Source of the DNA: Mustelus asterias
Taxonomy: Eukaryota
Direction of reading: 5' to 3'
Assembly (NCBI RefSeq): GCF_964213995.1
Contig: NC_135817.1
Span: 53,072,001 to 53,136,000 of the forward strand
DNA: 64,000 nucleotides
The notes under the pieces were generated by a model. That model ran no database searches and was not told the origin of the DNA. It saw only the letters and a program-made list of their open reading frames with translations. Position 1 is the stretch's first letter, and each line of letters opens with the position of its first letter. Made by a program: the position numbers and the translations under genes. Below, piece after piece: positions 12,161 to 25,197 of this stretch.

Positions 12161-13438
12161 TAAAGCTAGGTTTTTAAAAATCAGGTGAGTCAAAAGAATA
12201 AAATATTGAAGATACCTCTCCACCCCCCCCTCCTTCCCCACTTCGAGCAGATCAAAACTAGTCTGGCAGAGAACTCTGGCCAGATTATCGTGATAAAGTA
12301 CCTCCTCCCTGTCATTTCCACCCCAGCCATAAACAGACCCACCTCTTGCTGCAAGGAAGTTAGTGAATCAGCATTCACTGCACTAGCTGTTAGCCTGTTT
12401 CAGAGGTTATTATTCTCTGAGGAAAGAATCACCTTCTGACATTTAACATAGTTTGAGCCTCACTTAACTTGAAACTGCAATTCTTTTTTGGTCCTTCCTA
12501 ACCTATTTAGTTGAAACATACTGTCAATGCAAACGCAGTCTAGTTCTTTTATTGTCAAATAACCTTCAATTAGATCACCCCTCAGTCTGTGTCTCTCTCG
12601 AGTGTCGAGAAATCAAGCTTTTTCCAGCTTACTTCGGTAGCTAAGATACTTTAAAGTGGGAATTAATCACGTGACCTTCTTCTGCACCTTGTTTACAGCC
12701 TTATCATCACTCACCCTTTGAGGAGATCAATGGAGACCTAATCACTAGTATTTTAATGGAAACTTAATTAAAGTCTCACATAAGGATAAAATAGTATGTT
12801 TTGCAGCGTACTGTCCTGTAAATATACCATAGCATCCTGTTCTCCCCAGTTATTTCTTCATGGTTGCGTTCAAGAAACTTCAGTGATTTTTAAAATTTGT
12901 TTATGGGAATGGGCATCGCTGTCTGGGCAAGCATTTATTGCCCATCCCAGAGGGCATTTTAAGAGTCAACCACATTGCACTGGATCTGGAGTCGCATGCA
13001 AGTCAAACCAGGTAAGGATGGCACAGTAGACAATGTCCTTGCACCCAAAAGAACAGCCTCTAATGAAATAATGGAGGTAATTTTCCGACCTCACCGTGCC
13101 TGGTGCAGATCTGGAAAATAGTGTGCAGGCCTAAAACACGGCTTTGTGTCCGGTGCCAAACAGTTTGCAATTGTCCCAGTCCCTTTCTAATGGCACAAAC
13201 CGCAAAATAGCAATTAAACATGCAAAGCCCGTTCGACTCCGGATTCCCCCAGCTCCCAGGATCTTCCAACCTGCAGGCAAGATCAGTGAGAACCACTACC
13301 AGTCTCCATTAGCAGAGACCAGGCATGAAGGACATGCTGGGGGGCTCAGAGGCCACTGAAGCCCTCGGGTGGTTGGGGACATGGCTGGGAAGTGCTCACC
13401 TGGCACCCTGGCAGTGCCAGTTAAGCACTGTCTATGTG

Positions 13439-13667
13439 ATGATGTGGAGATGCCGGCGTTGGACTGGGGTGAACACAGTAAGAAGTTTAACAACACCAGG
13501 TTAAAGTCCAACAGGTTTATTTGGTAGCAAAAGCCACACAAGCTTTCGGAGCTCTAAGCCCCTTCTTCAGGTGAGACTGTAGAAGGGGCTTAGAGCTCCG
13601 AAAGCTTGTGTGGCTTTTGCTACCAAATAAACCTGTTGGACTTTAACCTGGTGTTGTTAAACTTCTT
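13439..13667. mobile_element. Miniature palindromic Penelope-like insertion (3' terminus/pLTR only)
   Basis: Same terminal sequence as 9074-9160. 92-bp perfect inverted arms 13475-13566 / 13581-13672. 12-bp TSD ACTGTCTATGTG at 13427-13438 and 13668-13679. Confidence 0.9.
13537..13573 (-). ncRNA. Minimal type I hammerhead ribozyme with intact core
   Basis: Reverse complement cac-CTGAAGA-a-ggggc(ttaga)gctcc-GAAA-gc-TT-gtg. Canonical CUGANGA and GAAA boxes. Confidence 0.75.
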
Positions 13668-14224
13668 ACTGTCTATGTGCCCAGGGCTGTGCCAAGGGGG
13701 TGGGGCCTGAATCGGGGTGGAGCCTGAGTGGGGGCTATGATGGAGGGGAGGGCTGTGATGTGGGGGGGTGGGGATGTGATTGGGGGGGGGGGGTGTGCAG
13801 GGAGGAGTCTGTGCAGAGAAGGGACTATGACAGGAGTCTGTGCAGAGGGGTGTTCCGTTTGGGGGGGGGGTCTGTGTGGGGGTGGGGGAGTGGGCTTTGT
13901 GCAAGGGGGATCGTGCAGGGTTGCAGCCTGAAGGGGGACATCCCAGGAGTCATGATGGGGGCATGTGTCCCGGGTCATGAGAGGGAACCCAATGGGGAAA
14001 AATGCCGCTTATGAGGGGGGGGTCCCCGATATCTGTGGAGGGACGGAGGAGTTCTTCCAGTGCACTGTGAGATCAGGGTGCCCTTCCAAAGTGGCACCTG
14101 ACCACTCTGCAGCCAGGTTCACCGGCATGTTTAGCACCCCCAACTCCCCCCAAACTCAGTGCTCTCCCAAAAAATGTCTTGAGTGTGGAACGATTGTGGT
14201 CCAAACCGCGCCCAATATCTTTCC

Positions 14225-14980
14225 TTAAATAAGGAACCAAAACTGCTCTCAGTACTCCAGAAGTAGTCTCACCAGTACCTTGTACAATTGCAGCAAGGCT
14301 TCCCTACTCTTATACTCCAACCTTCTTGAAATAACATTCCATTAGCTTTCCTAATTACCTTTGTGCTAGTTTTCTGTGCTGTGTGCACAAGTGCCCCTAA
14401 GTCCCTTTGTGTTACAACTTTCTGCACTTTTTCTCCATTTAAATAACACTCTTCTTTTATTCTCCCTTCCAGAATGAACAACTTCACATTTTCCCACATT
14501 ATACTCCATTTACCAACTTTTTGCCCACTTACTTAACCTATCAATATCTCTTTGTGAACAGTTTGTATCCTTCTCGCAATTTGTCTTTCCAGCTATTTTT
14601 GTGTTATCTGCAAATTTGGCTCCAATACATTCGCTTCCTTCCTCCAAGTCATTCATATATATTGTAAACAGTTGTGGTCCCACTGCTGATCCCTGTGGAA
14701 GCCACCGGTTACAGGTCACCAACTTACAAAAGAACCCCTTATCTCCACTCGTTTCCTGCCCATTGGTCAATTCTCTATCCATGCCAATATGCGACCTCCA
14801 ACACCATGGACTCTTATTGACTTAATCTTTTTTGAGGTATTTTGTTGAATGCCTTCTTGAATTCCAAATACATCACATCTACTTGTTCCCCTCTATCCAC
14901 GCTGGTTGAGTCTTCCTCTAAAAATTCTAATGAATTAATCAGACACAATTTCCCTTTCATGGAGCCATGCTGACTCTGTC
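14225..14980 (-). mobile_element. CR1 LINE RT fragment
   Basis: PQGSAVGPQLFTIYMNDL...KFADNTK, QRDLGALVH. Confidence 0.85.
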
Positions 14981-15016
14981 ATTTGCATTAACTGACCCAA
15001 AATTGATATAAGGAAA

Positions 15017-15211
15017 GTCCAAAGATGTGCAGGTTAGGTGCATTGGCCAAGCTAAATTGCCCCTTAGTTTCTCAGGATGTGTAGGTTAGAGGGATTAGCA
15101 GGGCAAATATGTGGGGTTACGGGGATAAGGCCTGGGTGAGATTGTTGTTGGTGCAGACTCGATGGGCCGAATGGCCTCCTTCTGCACTGTAGGGATTCTA
15201 TGATTCTATGA
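15017..15211 (+). mobile_element. HE1-like V-SINE, 5'-truncated
   Basis: agtccaaagatgtgcagg... to attctatgattctatga. Confidence 0.82.
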
Positions 15212-16877
15212 ATGTATAGCACTTCTTTTAAGTTACACTTTGTTTGTGGGCAGATAGCTTATCTTTCTGATTAGAAGTTATTCCCTAGTGTTGTTTCTGA
15301 TAAAGGGGGGGCTATCCTCCTTTTGTGTTCCAACGGAAATTAAGTGTTTTTAATTGTACAAGCACCAGAAGTCATATTAGTGCTGTGTTTTGACTGGTGC
15401 CCGAGGCAGCCTGGCTTTACTTGCAGTGATGTGATATAAATGAAGCAACTCAAACACTTCAAGCAAGAAGGAGATGTTTTTTCCCCCTGTGTATTGCTGT
15501 CGGAAAGCACTCCCCGTCAACACCCAATGGTGCCACGGGCTGCAATTTTCTTCTGCTTCCACTCAGCCTCTCATGGAGGCCATTAGTGTGCTCTTGTTTT
15601 AAATTGCTAGCCTGGGGAAGATGCGTCACCAGCAAAGTTAAAGACATGGCCCAAAATTAGTCAAGACAGCTCAAAATATCGAATCCTTTCAAAAGGTTGG
15701 AGAAATTGAAGTGCAAATTCCACCTAGCATTATACTCAGGTCTAGATGAGAAAAAAGTGCTTGAAACCGGCCCAGATTGAATTAATTATGACTGGGAGTT
15801 TCGACTAATTGCCCCCATTTGCAGGGCTTTGAAGATGTTCTTTAAAATGAAGCTGGTTCTTTTGGGTGCAAGAACATTGACTACTGTACAATATAACTGG
15901 AAATTGGTACCATATTGTGATTGCAAATTCATTTTCAGTTGTTTAGAATCAAGTTCCTCGTGGGCAGTGGGCTCAACACATTGAAAAAAAAATGGTTTCT
16001 TATTTCAACAGTATTAATTTATCAGTGTGCTCAAACACATCAAGGAACGTTTTTCAGTGCAATTCTTTTCTTCTAATATTATGTTCCAAATCACTACTTG
16101 ATTGCATGGGTTCATGGCAGCTGTACACTCGGGAAGTGGATTAATCAGAAAGGAAAATGGAGGAGGAACAAAAGGACACTTCTCAAAACTGGCGCATTTT
16201 TTGCATGTGTCGTTTTCCCATTACCTTTTGATGCACTGAAATGTACTCCACTGTGTAATTGTGATGTATTTCAACGCATTAGCAGAGTCGACATATTGCA
16301 CAACCACTTCTGTGATATAAGTGGAGAGGGAAGACTAACAGTACAGATTGACGTTGTTGCCTTTTTATAAAGGAGGTCTATAAAACGACAGACTAATCAT
16401 TTCCTGCAGATTGCACTCGGAGACAGTGGTCTGCTCTCTGTTGTCTGTGCAATCGCACGCGCTGTAGTGATGAGTTTTTTTTTATTAGATTGGTGCCTTG
16501 ACTGTCAGTAGAAGCCTGTTGTATTGTTCATAAAAGATCATACTCCTCCACCTTTTGCAAGATTAAAATGAAAAATGTAGTCACAGAGAATTCTATCTAA
16601 TTTTAACAATTTGTCAGCGAAATCTGCCAAACGCTGCCCAAGGCAGGCTACATCCCACACAGTATAACAAGTATCAAATGTTAGCTGTAGAGCATACTTT
16701 GTGTTTGTGTAATCACTAACAAGAATCTATGCCAGGGTGTGCAGTGCTAACACTGTAGAATCCTGCCAGCTCTATTATCTGTAATGTGAATCCTACAACC
16801 CATTCTATTAGGAACTTATTTTCTCAATTTTCTCCTCGTCTGTCCTATTTGATTCTTACCACAGGTTTAAAGGCAAT

Positions 16878-17690
16878 GGGGGGGTGATTCGCCCAAAATT
16901 AATTCTAAGTGCCGAATTCGCGTGAAAACTGGAGTAACTCCCATTGGTTTTTTTTAGCATGAATTGCAGATTGAATCCCTCACACTCTGAGCATTGCAGA
17001 GTGAGATTCATGTTGAAAATCAATGGGCAGGGCCTATTCCCGCTGGAGAGGCCGGCAGCATCGCGTTGTGCTGGCCACTGAGCATGTGCCGATCTGTCAG
17101 AGCGGAGATTGGTGCAGGCGCAGTAGCCCTGTCAGAGCGGAGATCGGTATATACATAGTAGCCCCGCACTGCCGGCTTCCCGATCGCTGGCCAGCCCCGC
17201 TACCCCCCATCGCTGTCCTCTCCGGGCCAGTCCTGATGACTCCCTACACCCCCATCCCCCCCCCACAGTGGGCAGTGCCAAGATGTCCCTTCGCCATTGG
17301 AAGTTTGCCCCTTGAGCACTGCCAGGGGGCCAAGCTGGCACTGTTTGGGGGTAACCAACCTCCTGGGGGGGCCTCCATGGTCTCTCTTCGCTCCAGCGGT
17401 GTTGGGCGGTCTTTTCCGCGTTAGTGAAGAGTAGTTGTAAACCCCGCTGGAGTGAACCACTCCTGGTGGGGAGAGACGCTAGCGGGCCTGGAGACTTCTG
17501 GGCCTGTGAATGAAATTTAAATTAAAATATTTAAATCAGCTCCACACCAATTTCCGGTGCAGAGCTGATTACTCCAAAAAATGCGGAGCAGGTTGACACA
17601 CGGAGACTGTGGCGCCCAGCGGGGAGCCCACTAAACGGCCTCTTCTGATGTCTCCCAAGCTCAGAGCAGCGGGCTGAGAGAGTCATCCCC
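16878..17690. mobile_element. GC-rich Harbinger-like non-autonomous element
   Basis: Degenerate TIRs ggggtgattcgccc / gagagagtcatcccc. Shares subterminal ATTCTAAGTGC with 52868-53941. Confidence 0.6.
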
Positions 17691-19282
17691 AATATGGCAA
17701 TTCTGCATGAAGTGGAGTGTCAGTAGGCTAGTCAACTGCAGTTGACATCACAACTAAGCTCAGTCTTGTTCTTAGCTAATTCAACATACACAGACTTTTC
17801 AGCAGTAGAATTTGCATGGAAATTGGGAGGAAAATTCCCATTTTAAAATGATTCCCCTCCTCACCGTAGACAGGCGAGATCATACCTCTATGCATCGGAA
17901 CAGGTTCTGATCAACTAACAGTTCACAGCAGAGTTAGAACCCGAGCCCAAAGGCCCTCGATGGCTGGGTGGGTTTTCACTGTGATAAACTGAGTCACAAA
18001 GAGCAGGAGAAATGTGTGTTTGATCTCCAGTTTGTGCTGAGCTGGATTTGTTTGATGGGGCAGCAGCCAGTGTGCCTTTGTGACCCTGAGCTATAGAGGA
18101 GCCTGGGTACCTGACTGTGCGCTAGTGATACCTGCGGGGGTGCATGTTTATCAATATCATATGAGGACAGAATCAAGCTCAGCTGTGATACCTTCAAATC
18201 TAATCGCCTGTTGACTTTCATTATCAAGTATCATCCATGAAGTATAAAAAAGCAACCAACAGTTTTTTAACTGGCCCATAACTGGCCTTATGAAGCGAAG
18301 CATTAACAGAGAAGGAAGATCTGAAACTTTCTTGTCTATTTACCCACAGAGGCATCGGATTCATGGCTCCGACAGTAATAACACAATCTTTTCGAATAGT
18401 CAAAGTATCTGCCCATCAATCAATGTAAACAGCTCTGTCTGGAAGACCGCATTCCTCTCTTTCCTAGTCCCTCTTTCTCCTTTTTTAACTGTTATGTTGG
18501 CCGTTCAAAGGTCATTCCTCCGCCAGTACAACAAACTGCAGGGGCAGCACGTTTAAATCAACATTTCAACCTCTGTATGGCGGCAAACAATTCTGCAAAT
18601 AAATCTCTGCTTGGTGCTGCAAATTTCTGAATTTTACCATTGGAGCCGACACGGAATTGAAGTCAAATCTTGCCCTTGGGAGTGGAAGCAGAGTACAGCA
18701 GGGAAATCCAATCCTTATGACTGGAATTGAAAGCTGGGCTCAGTTTTAATTCAAACCCCATCTGTCCTTAAAGGCAGCAGAGGTCTAACATTTCCAGTTA
18801 GATTATTTCAATACCAGCAGTGCTCCATTTAAAATAAATGGGGAATCAGTTCCAATGAAGGAAACACACTGGAGATATTAACTTGTCCCTCTGCCGACTG
18901 AGGGCTATGCATTTCCAGGGATTCCTGGTTTTATCTCAGATTTGCAGTTTTTCTTCTTTTTATCTAAAATAATTCAAATCTTGGAATTGTCTCAATTTCA
19001 GTGCATCTTCAGCGATAAAACCTGATCATCCTTTTGTTTTTCTTTATCTTCCTATTGATCTTAAAGCAAAGACTTTAGCCTGATTGTGTGAGGGAGCAGT
19101 GCGAATATGTACAGTTCAACAGATCTGATCCCTAAAGCACCCTAGATATGGGAATGCAGGAAAAGGAGTAGGCCATTCGGCCCCTCAAACCCCGGGAGCC
19201 ATTCTGTTAGATCTTGGCCGTTGTGTACTTCAACACCATTTACTTGTCTTTGAACCATCCAGGCGGGACTTTCCAAATGATA

Positions 19283-22200
19283 ACATAATAAGAAATAGGA
19301 GCAGGAGTTGGCCATCTAGCCCCTTAAGCCTGCTCCGCCATTCAATAAGATCATGGCTGATCTGATAGGGGGTTCAGTTCCACTTACCCGCCCGCTCCCC
19401 ATAACCCTTAATTCCCTTAATGGTTAAAAATCTATCTATCTGTGACTTAAACACATTTAACGAGGTAGCCTCTACTGCTTCATTGGGCAGAGAATTCCAA
19501 AGATTCACTACCCTCTGGGAGAAGAAGTTCCTCCTCAACTCTGTTCTAAATTGACTCCCCCGTATTTTGAGGCTATGCCCCCTAGTTCTTGTTTCCATTG
19601 TAAGTGGAAATAACCTCGCTGCTTCTACCCTGTCTAGCCCCTTCGTTATCTTATATGTCTCTATAAGATCTCCCCTCAACCTTCTAAACTCCAATGAGTA
19701 CAGGCCCAGTCTACTCAATCTCTCCTCATAAGTTAACCCCCTCATCTCCGGAATCAACCTGGTGAACCTTCTCTGTACCCTCTCCAAAGCTAATATATCC
19801 TTTCTTAAATAAGGGGACCAAAATTGTACACAGTACTCTAGGTGCGGCTTCACCAGTACCCTGTACAGTTGCAGCATGACCTCCCTGCTTTTATACTCCA
19901 TCCCTCTCGTGATAAAGGCCAACATTCCATTTGCCTTCTTGATTACCTGCTGCACCTGCAAACTGAGTTTTTGTGATTCATGCACAAGGACCCCCAGGTC
20001 CCTCTGCACAGTAGCATGTTGTAATTTTTCACTGTTTAAATAATAGTCCATTTTACTATTATTCCTTCCAAAGTGGATAACCTCACACTTACCAACGTTA
20101 TACTCCATCTGCCAGATCCTTGCACACTCACTTAGCCTATCCAAATCTCTCTGCAGACTCTGTGTCCTCCACGCAATTTGCTTTCCCACTCATCTTTGTG
20201 TCATCCGCAAACTTTGTTACCCTACACTCGGTCCCCTCCTCCAGATCGTCTGTGTATATGGTAAATAGTTGAGGCCCCAGCACTGATCCCTGCAGCACAC
20301 CACTAGTCACTGATTGCCAACCGGAAAAGCACCCATTTATTCCGACTCTCTGCTTTCTGTTAGATAGCCAATCCTCAATCCACGCTAACACTTTACCCCT
20401 AACTCCGTGTACCTTTATCTTATGCAGCAACCATTTGTGAGGCACCTTATCGAATGCCTTCTGGAAATCTATATATACCACATCCACCGATTCCCCTCTG
20501 TCAACCGCACTCGTTATATCCTCAAAAAATTCCAGTAAATTAATCAAACATGACTTTCCCTTCATGAATCCATGCTGCGTCTGCTTGATTGAACCATTCT
20601 TTTCAAGGTGTCCTGCTATTTCTTCCTTAATGATAGATTCCAGCATTTTCCCAACTACGGATGTTAAGCTAACCGGCCTGTAGTTCCTGCCTTTTGTCTA
20701 TCTCCTTTTTTAAACAGTGGCATTACATTAGCTGTTTTCCAATCAGCTGGCACCTCCCCAGAGTCCAGTGAATTTTGATAAATTACAACTAATGCATTTG
20801 CTATTACTTCTGCCGTTCCTTTTAGTACCCTGGGATGCATTCCATCCGGACCAGGGGGCATGTCTACCTTTAGTCCCATTAGCCTACCCAGCACTACCTC
20901 TTTAGTAATAGTGATCGTTTTGAGGTCCTCACCCCCTACAGTCCCATGACTGTCACTTATTGATAAGCTATTTGTGTCCTCCACTGTGAAGGCCGACACA
21001 AAAAACTTGTTTAAGGCCTCGGCCATTTCCTCGTTTCCTATTATTAAATCCCCCTTCTCGTCTCCTAAGGGACCAACATTTACTTTAGCCAGTCTTTTCC
21101 GTTTTATATATTTGTAAAAACTTTTACTATCAGTTTTTATATTTTGTGCTAGTTTACATTCATAATCTATCTTTCCTTTCTTTATTGCTTCCTTAGTAGT
21201 TCTTTGTTTTTTAAAGCCTTCCCAATCTTCTAGTTCCCCACTAATTTTGGCCATTAGTATGCATTGGTTTTTAATTTGATACTCTCCTTTATTTCCTTAG
21301 TTATCCATGGCTGGTTATCCCTTTTCTTACATTCCTTCTTTTTCACTGGAATATATTTTTGCTGAGTACTGAGAAAAATCTCCTTAAAAATCCTCCACTG
21401 TTCCTCAACTGTCCCACCAATTAGTCTGTGTTCCCAGTCTACATTAGCCAACTCCGCCCTCATCCTATTGTAATCCCCCTTGTTCAAGCAGAGGACACTG
21501 GTTTGGGACCCTACTTTCTCACCCTCCATCTGTATTAGAAATTCAACCATATTGTGATCACTGATTCCAGAGGATCCGTCACAAGGAGATCATTAATTTT
21601 ACCTATCTCATTACATAGGACCAGATCCAAGATAGCTTGCTCCCTCGTAGGTTCTGTAACATACTGTTCGAGGAAACTATCGCGACAGCATTCTAAGAAC
21701 TCTTCCTCAAGTCCACCGTGTCCGACTTGAGTTGACCAATCAATATGCAGGTTAAAATCCCCCATGATTATTGCTGTTCCATTTTTACATGCATCTGTTA
21801 TTTGTTTGTTTATAGCCCGCCCCACCTTGAAGTTATTATTTGGGGGGCTATAGACTACGACCACCAGTGACTTTTTCCCCATAATATTCCTTATCTCCAC
21901 CCACATTGATTCCACATTTTACTCCTTCGAGCCTATATCGTCTCTCACTACCACCCTGATGTTATCCTTAATTAACAGAGCTACCCCACCTCCTTTTCCT
22001 TCCTATCTATCCTTCCGAATTGTCTAATACCCCATGATATTTAGTTCCCAGTCCTGGTCACCCTTCAACCACGTTTCTGTAATGGCCTGCTAGATCATAC
22101 CCATTTGTTCTGATTTGTGCCGTCAACTCATTCACTTTGTTTCGAATGCTACGTGCATTCAGGTAAAGTGTCTTTATGTTAGTCTTTCTTACCTGGACCC

Positions 22201-22660
22201 GATTTGTTAGTGCATTCCTTTGTTTGCATGCTCTGTCCCTTCCTGTCACAGACCAGTTATTCTTCCCCAGACCATCTCCTTGCACTGTGTTGACCACCTC
22301 CCTTCTCATGCTTGTCACCTTTTTTGCTCTGCCTGAGGTTAGATTCCTGCCACCTTCTATACTCTCTTCTATTATGTGGTCTGGAAACTTTACTAACCTC
22401 TCCTGAGCCCTCAGCTCCTTTAACTAGTTGAAAGTCCTCATCATTAACCTGCACTCCTACCCTCTCCTTTACCTTTGATTTTCTAATTCTCCATACGACT
22501 GAACCCTCCCCCCCACTATTTAGTTTAAAGCCCTATCTACAGCCCTGGTTATACGATTCGCCAGGGCTCTGGTCCCAGCACGATTCAGATGAAGACCATC
22601 CCATCGGAACAGGTCCCCTCTTCCCCAATACTGGTGCCAATGTCCCATGAATTCAAGTAA
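19283..22660 (-). mobile_element. CR1 (HER1-like) LINE: end of ORF1 esterase, frameshifted ORF2 (APE+RT), 3' UTR
   Basis: ORF pieces WDGLHLNRAG (SGNH esterase), YLNARSIRNK, MGDFN, LDLVL, DFQKAFDKV, QGSVLGP, FADDTK, HLEYCVQFWSP. Confidence 0.92.
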
Positions 22661-23257
22661 AATGTTCCTACGTCTGTAAAATAAGTTATTGTAACTGCCG
22701 GAGCTGATTTCCTTGGCAAATATTTTGAAACATAGAAACAAAGGAAATAGAAGCAGGAGTAGGACATTTGGCCCTTCAAGCCTGCTCCACCATTCATTTT
22801 GATCATGGCTGATCATCAAATTCAATATCCTGACCCCCCCCTCCCCCGCCACATATCCCTTAACCCTTAGTCCCAAGAACTGTATCTAATTTCTTCTTAA
22901 AATCAACATATTTCTGAATTTGCCTCAGGGAAATACGAGGTGTATTAATCACCTGAAGTGTTTGCTGGATATCACTGACTGTTAGGGATATGTGGGACTG
23001 TGGAAAAGTTCAGAAAAGAGGTCAAAGTTTATCTCCCCAACGTCCATGGTTTCAAATTTAAAACATGCCTCTGGAAAAGCCATTGAGGCGTTATCTCAGC
23101 AATGTGAAAACCCCATTTATCTCCAGTTGCTAATTGACTTTGTTCAGACGATTCTATCACGTCTGAAAAACTGCTAATGATGAAATTATAAGGCCAGTGA
23201 GCATGCAGCATTTATTTTCTCTGTAGGGTCAGCATGCAGTATTGTAGAGAAGAGGTG

Positions 23258-24327
23258 GGGAGACTGTTATTGCTGAACAGGATCTATGTTCTTGTAGCAC
23301 TCTCAATTCTATTATGCACTTTCAAACTCTGGCTGGATGGAAAGTTTCATGACACTATTTCAAGAAGAGCAGGGCACTTTCCTAGTGCCTTGGCCAACAA
23401 ATTTCTGTAATCAAAATGTTTAATTCGATACTCACTCATTTGATGAACTTACAGGCCATGCAGTTACATCCTCTGGTACCTCACCCAATTAATTGTTTCT
23501 TATCGATGACCCTGGGCAGTAAGACTTTGAAATTTACATGGAGGTGGAAGGGTGCATATGAACCCAATAAAAGTCATAGAACCTGGCAAGGCCATGGAGA
23601 CCTCGCTGATCCTTGCAGCTGTTCTTCATTCATTAAAGATGTACAGATCCCTGCCTCCGGATACTATCACGTGGGTTTGGGGATGCGTACATGGAGAATC
23701 CACTTGGCATGTTGGATGGGGAGAGGTAAGGAAGGAATGGAGAGGAAGGTTCAGAGTATGATGTTTGTGAGGGTGGGGGTGCAGAATGTCCAGACACCAC
23801 TGACTAATGATCAGGACTAGAAAGGACAAAGGCTTTCTTGTCAGGGCTGGAAGAGACCATTCCTGCTTCTCCTGGCTTACAAGAAGTTAAAAATAGGCAA
23901 TGTTATAAAAATTAACTGGGTCTCTTCTCGTTGGTTCCTCCAGCCATGACTCTGCTGCCAGGCAACAGACAGTGCCAGACCTCCCCTCTGGTAAGCTTAA
24001 AATGTATTGAGGATCAGATCTTGACCTTAGAGTCCTAGTAAACCCTATCTACTTTGGTTCAGGGCCTGAATTGGTGCCATAAATAACACGGTGGGTTAGG
24101 CTTTGGGGGAGTTGAGGCTTAGGTCATTAATTGGGAGAGACTGTTATTGCTGAACGGGTTCCGATTCTTGTAGCATGCGTAATTCTATTGGGCACTTTTA
24201 CATTCAGGGTGCATGTAAAGTTTCATGACACTATTTGAAGAAGAGTAGGGCACTTTCCTAGAGCCTAAGCCAACAAGCTTCTTAAATCAAAATGTCCATT
24301 TCAATACTCACTCAGTTGATGAACTTC
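23258..24327 (+). repeat. Diverged ~190-bp direct repeat pair (~23258-23450 and ~24133-24327) containing a DeuSINE-like core
   Basis: Both read gagactgttattgctgaac...aaagtttcatgacactattt(c/g)aagaagag(c/t)agggcactttcctag...ccaacaa...atactcactca...gatgaactt. Confidence 0.78.
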
Positions 24328-24524
24328 TGCCTGAGAGATCCATTCCTGGTGGCATCACAACCCTTCACACTGCGTCAGCTGAAGCTGTTGGATGGATTGT
24401 GTCAGCCTCAACATCAAACTATAACTACTTCGCCACCCAAAAACAATTCTCATTTACTCTTTGTGGGACCTTATTTTGTATAATATTCGTTGCTGTGCTT
24501 ACATATGTGACAGTGCATCCACTT

Positions 24525-24859
24525 AGAATCATAGAAACCCTACAGTGCAGAAACAGCCCATTTGGCCCATCGAGTCTGCACCGACCACAATCCCACTCAG
24601 GCCCCAGCCCCATATCCCTACACATTTACCCGCTAATCCCACTAATTTACGCATCTCAGGACTCTAAGGGACAATTTTTAGCATGGCCAATCAACCTAAC
24701 CCGCACATCTTTGGACTGTGGGAGGAAACCGGAACACCCGGAGGAAACCCACGCAGACACGAGGAGAATGTGCAAACTCCACACAGTGACCTAAGCCGGG
24801 AATCGAACCCAGGTCCCTGGAGCTGTGAAGCAGCAGTGCTAACCACTGCTACCGTGCCG
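24525..24859 (-). mobile_element. HE1-like V-SINE, full length
   Basis: A/B boxes, V domain, CR1-type tail. Confidence 0.9.
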
Positions 24860-25197
24860 TCTCAAAAAATTACTCATTGATTGTGACTACATTAATGAAA
24901 GTCCCTTCTCTTTTCACATGAGGACATTTGCTTACAAGTTAAAATGTACACCTCCCACCCACCCACACAACACACCCAACACCCCCGACTCTCACACGTG
25001 GTAAAAGCACCTGTTTGTGTGGAAATGAATTGTATCAAGTTTCGGTTCTGATCCTTGTCCTGTCTTGAGCTAGCTGATCTCGGTTGATAGGATGTGTACT
25101 TAGTCCCAGTGCCCACTTACAATAAGCTATGCTTCTCAATTCGGTGAGCCTGACTTGATAGTGGGCAACAAAGTACAAGGGCATGTACAGGCTAGGA

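Larger units (their letters stand above)
13072..14225. mobile_element. GC-rich Harbinger-like element remnant hosting the mini-Penelope
   Basis: Composition and motifs (ggcaccctggcagtgcc, G-runs) like 16878-17690. Right end lost at the CR1 junction. Confidence 0.45.

Noticed and set aside
13439-13667. DNA-transposon MITE or pre-miRNA
   Set aside because: The sequence matches the Penelope 3' terminus and hammerhead, the arms are asymmetric, and a 12-bp TSD fits a retro-insertion.
24780-24859. tRNA genes at SINE heads
   Set aside because: They are tRNA-derived heads fused to V-domain SINE bodies, not standalone cloverleafs.
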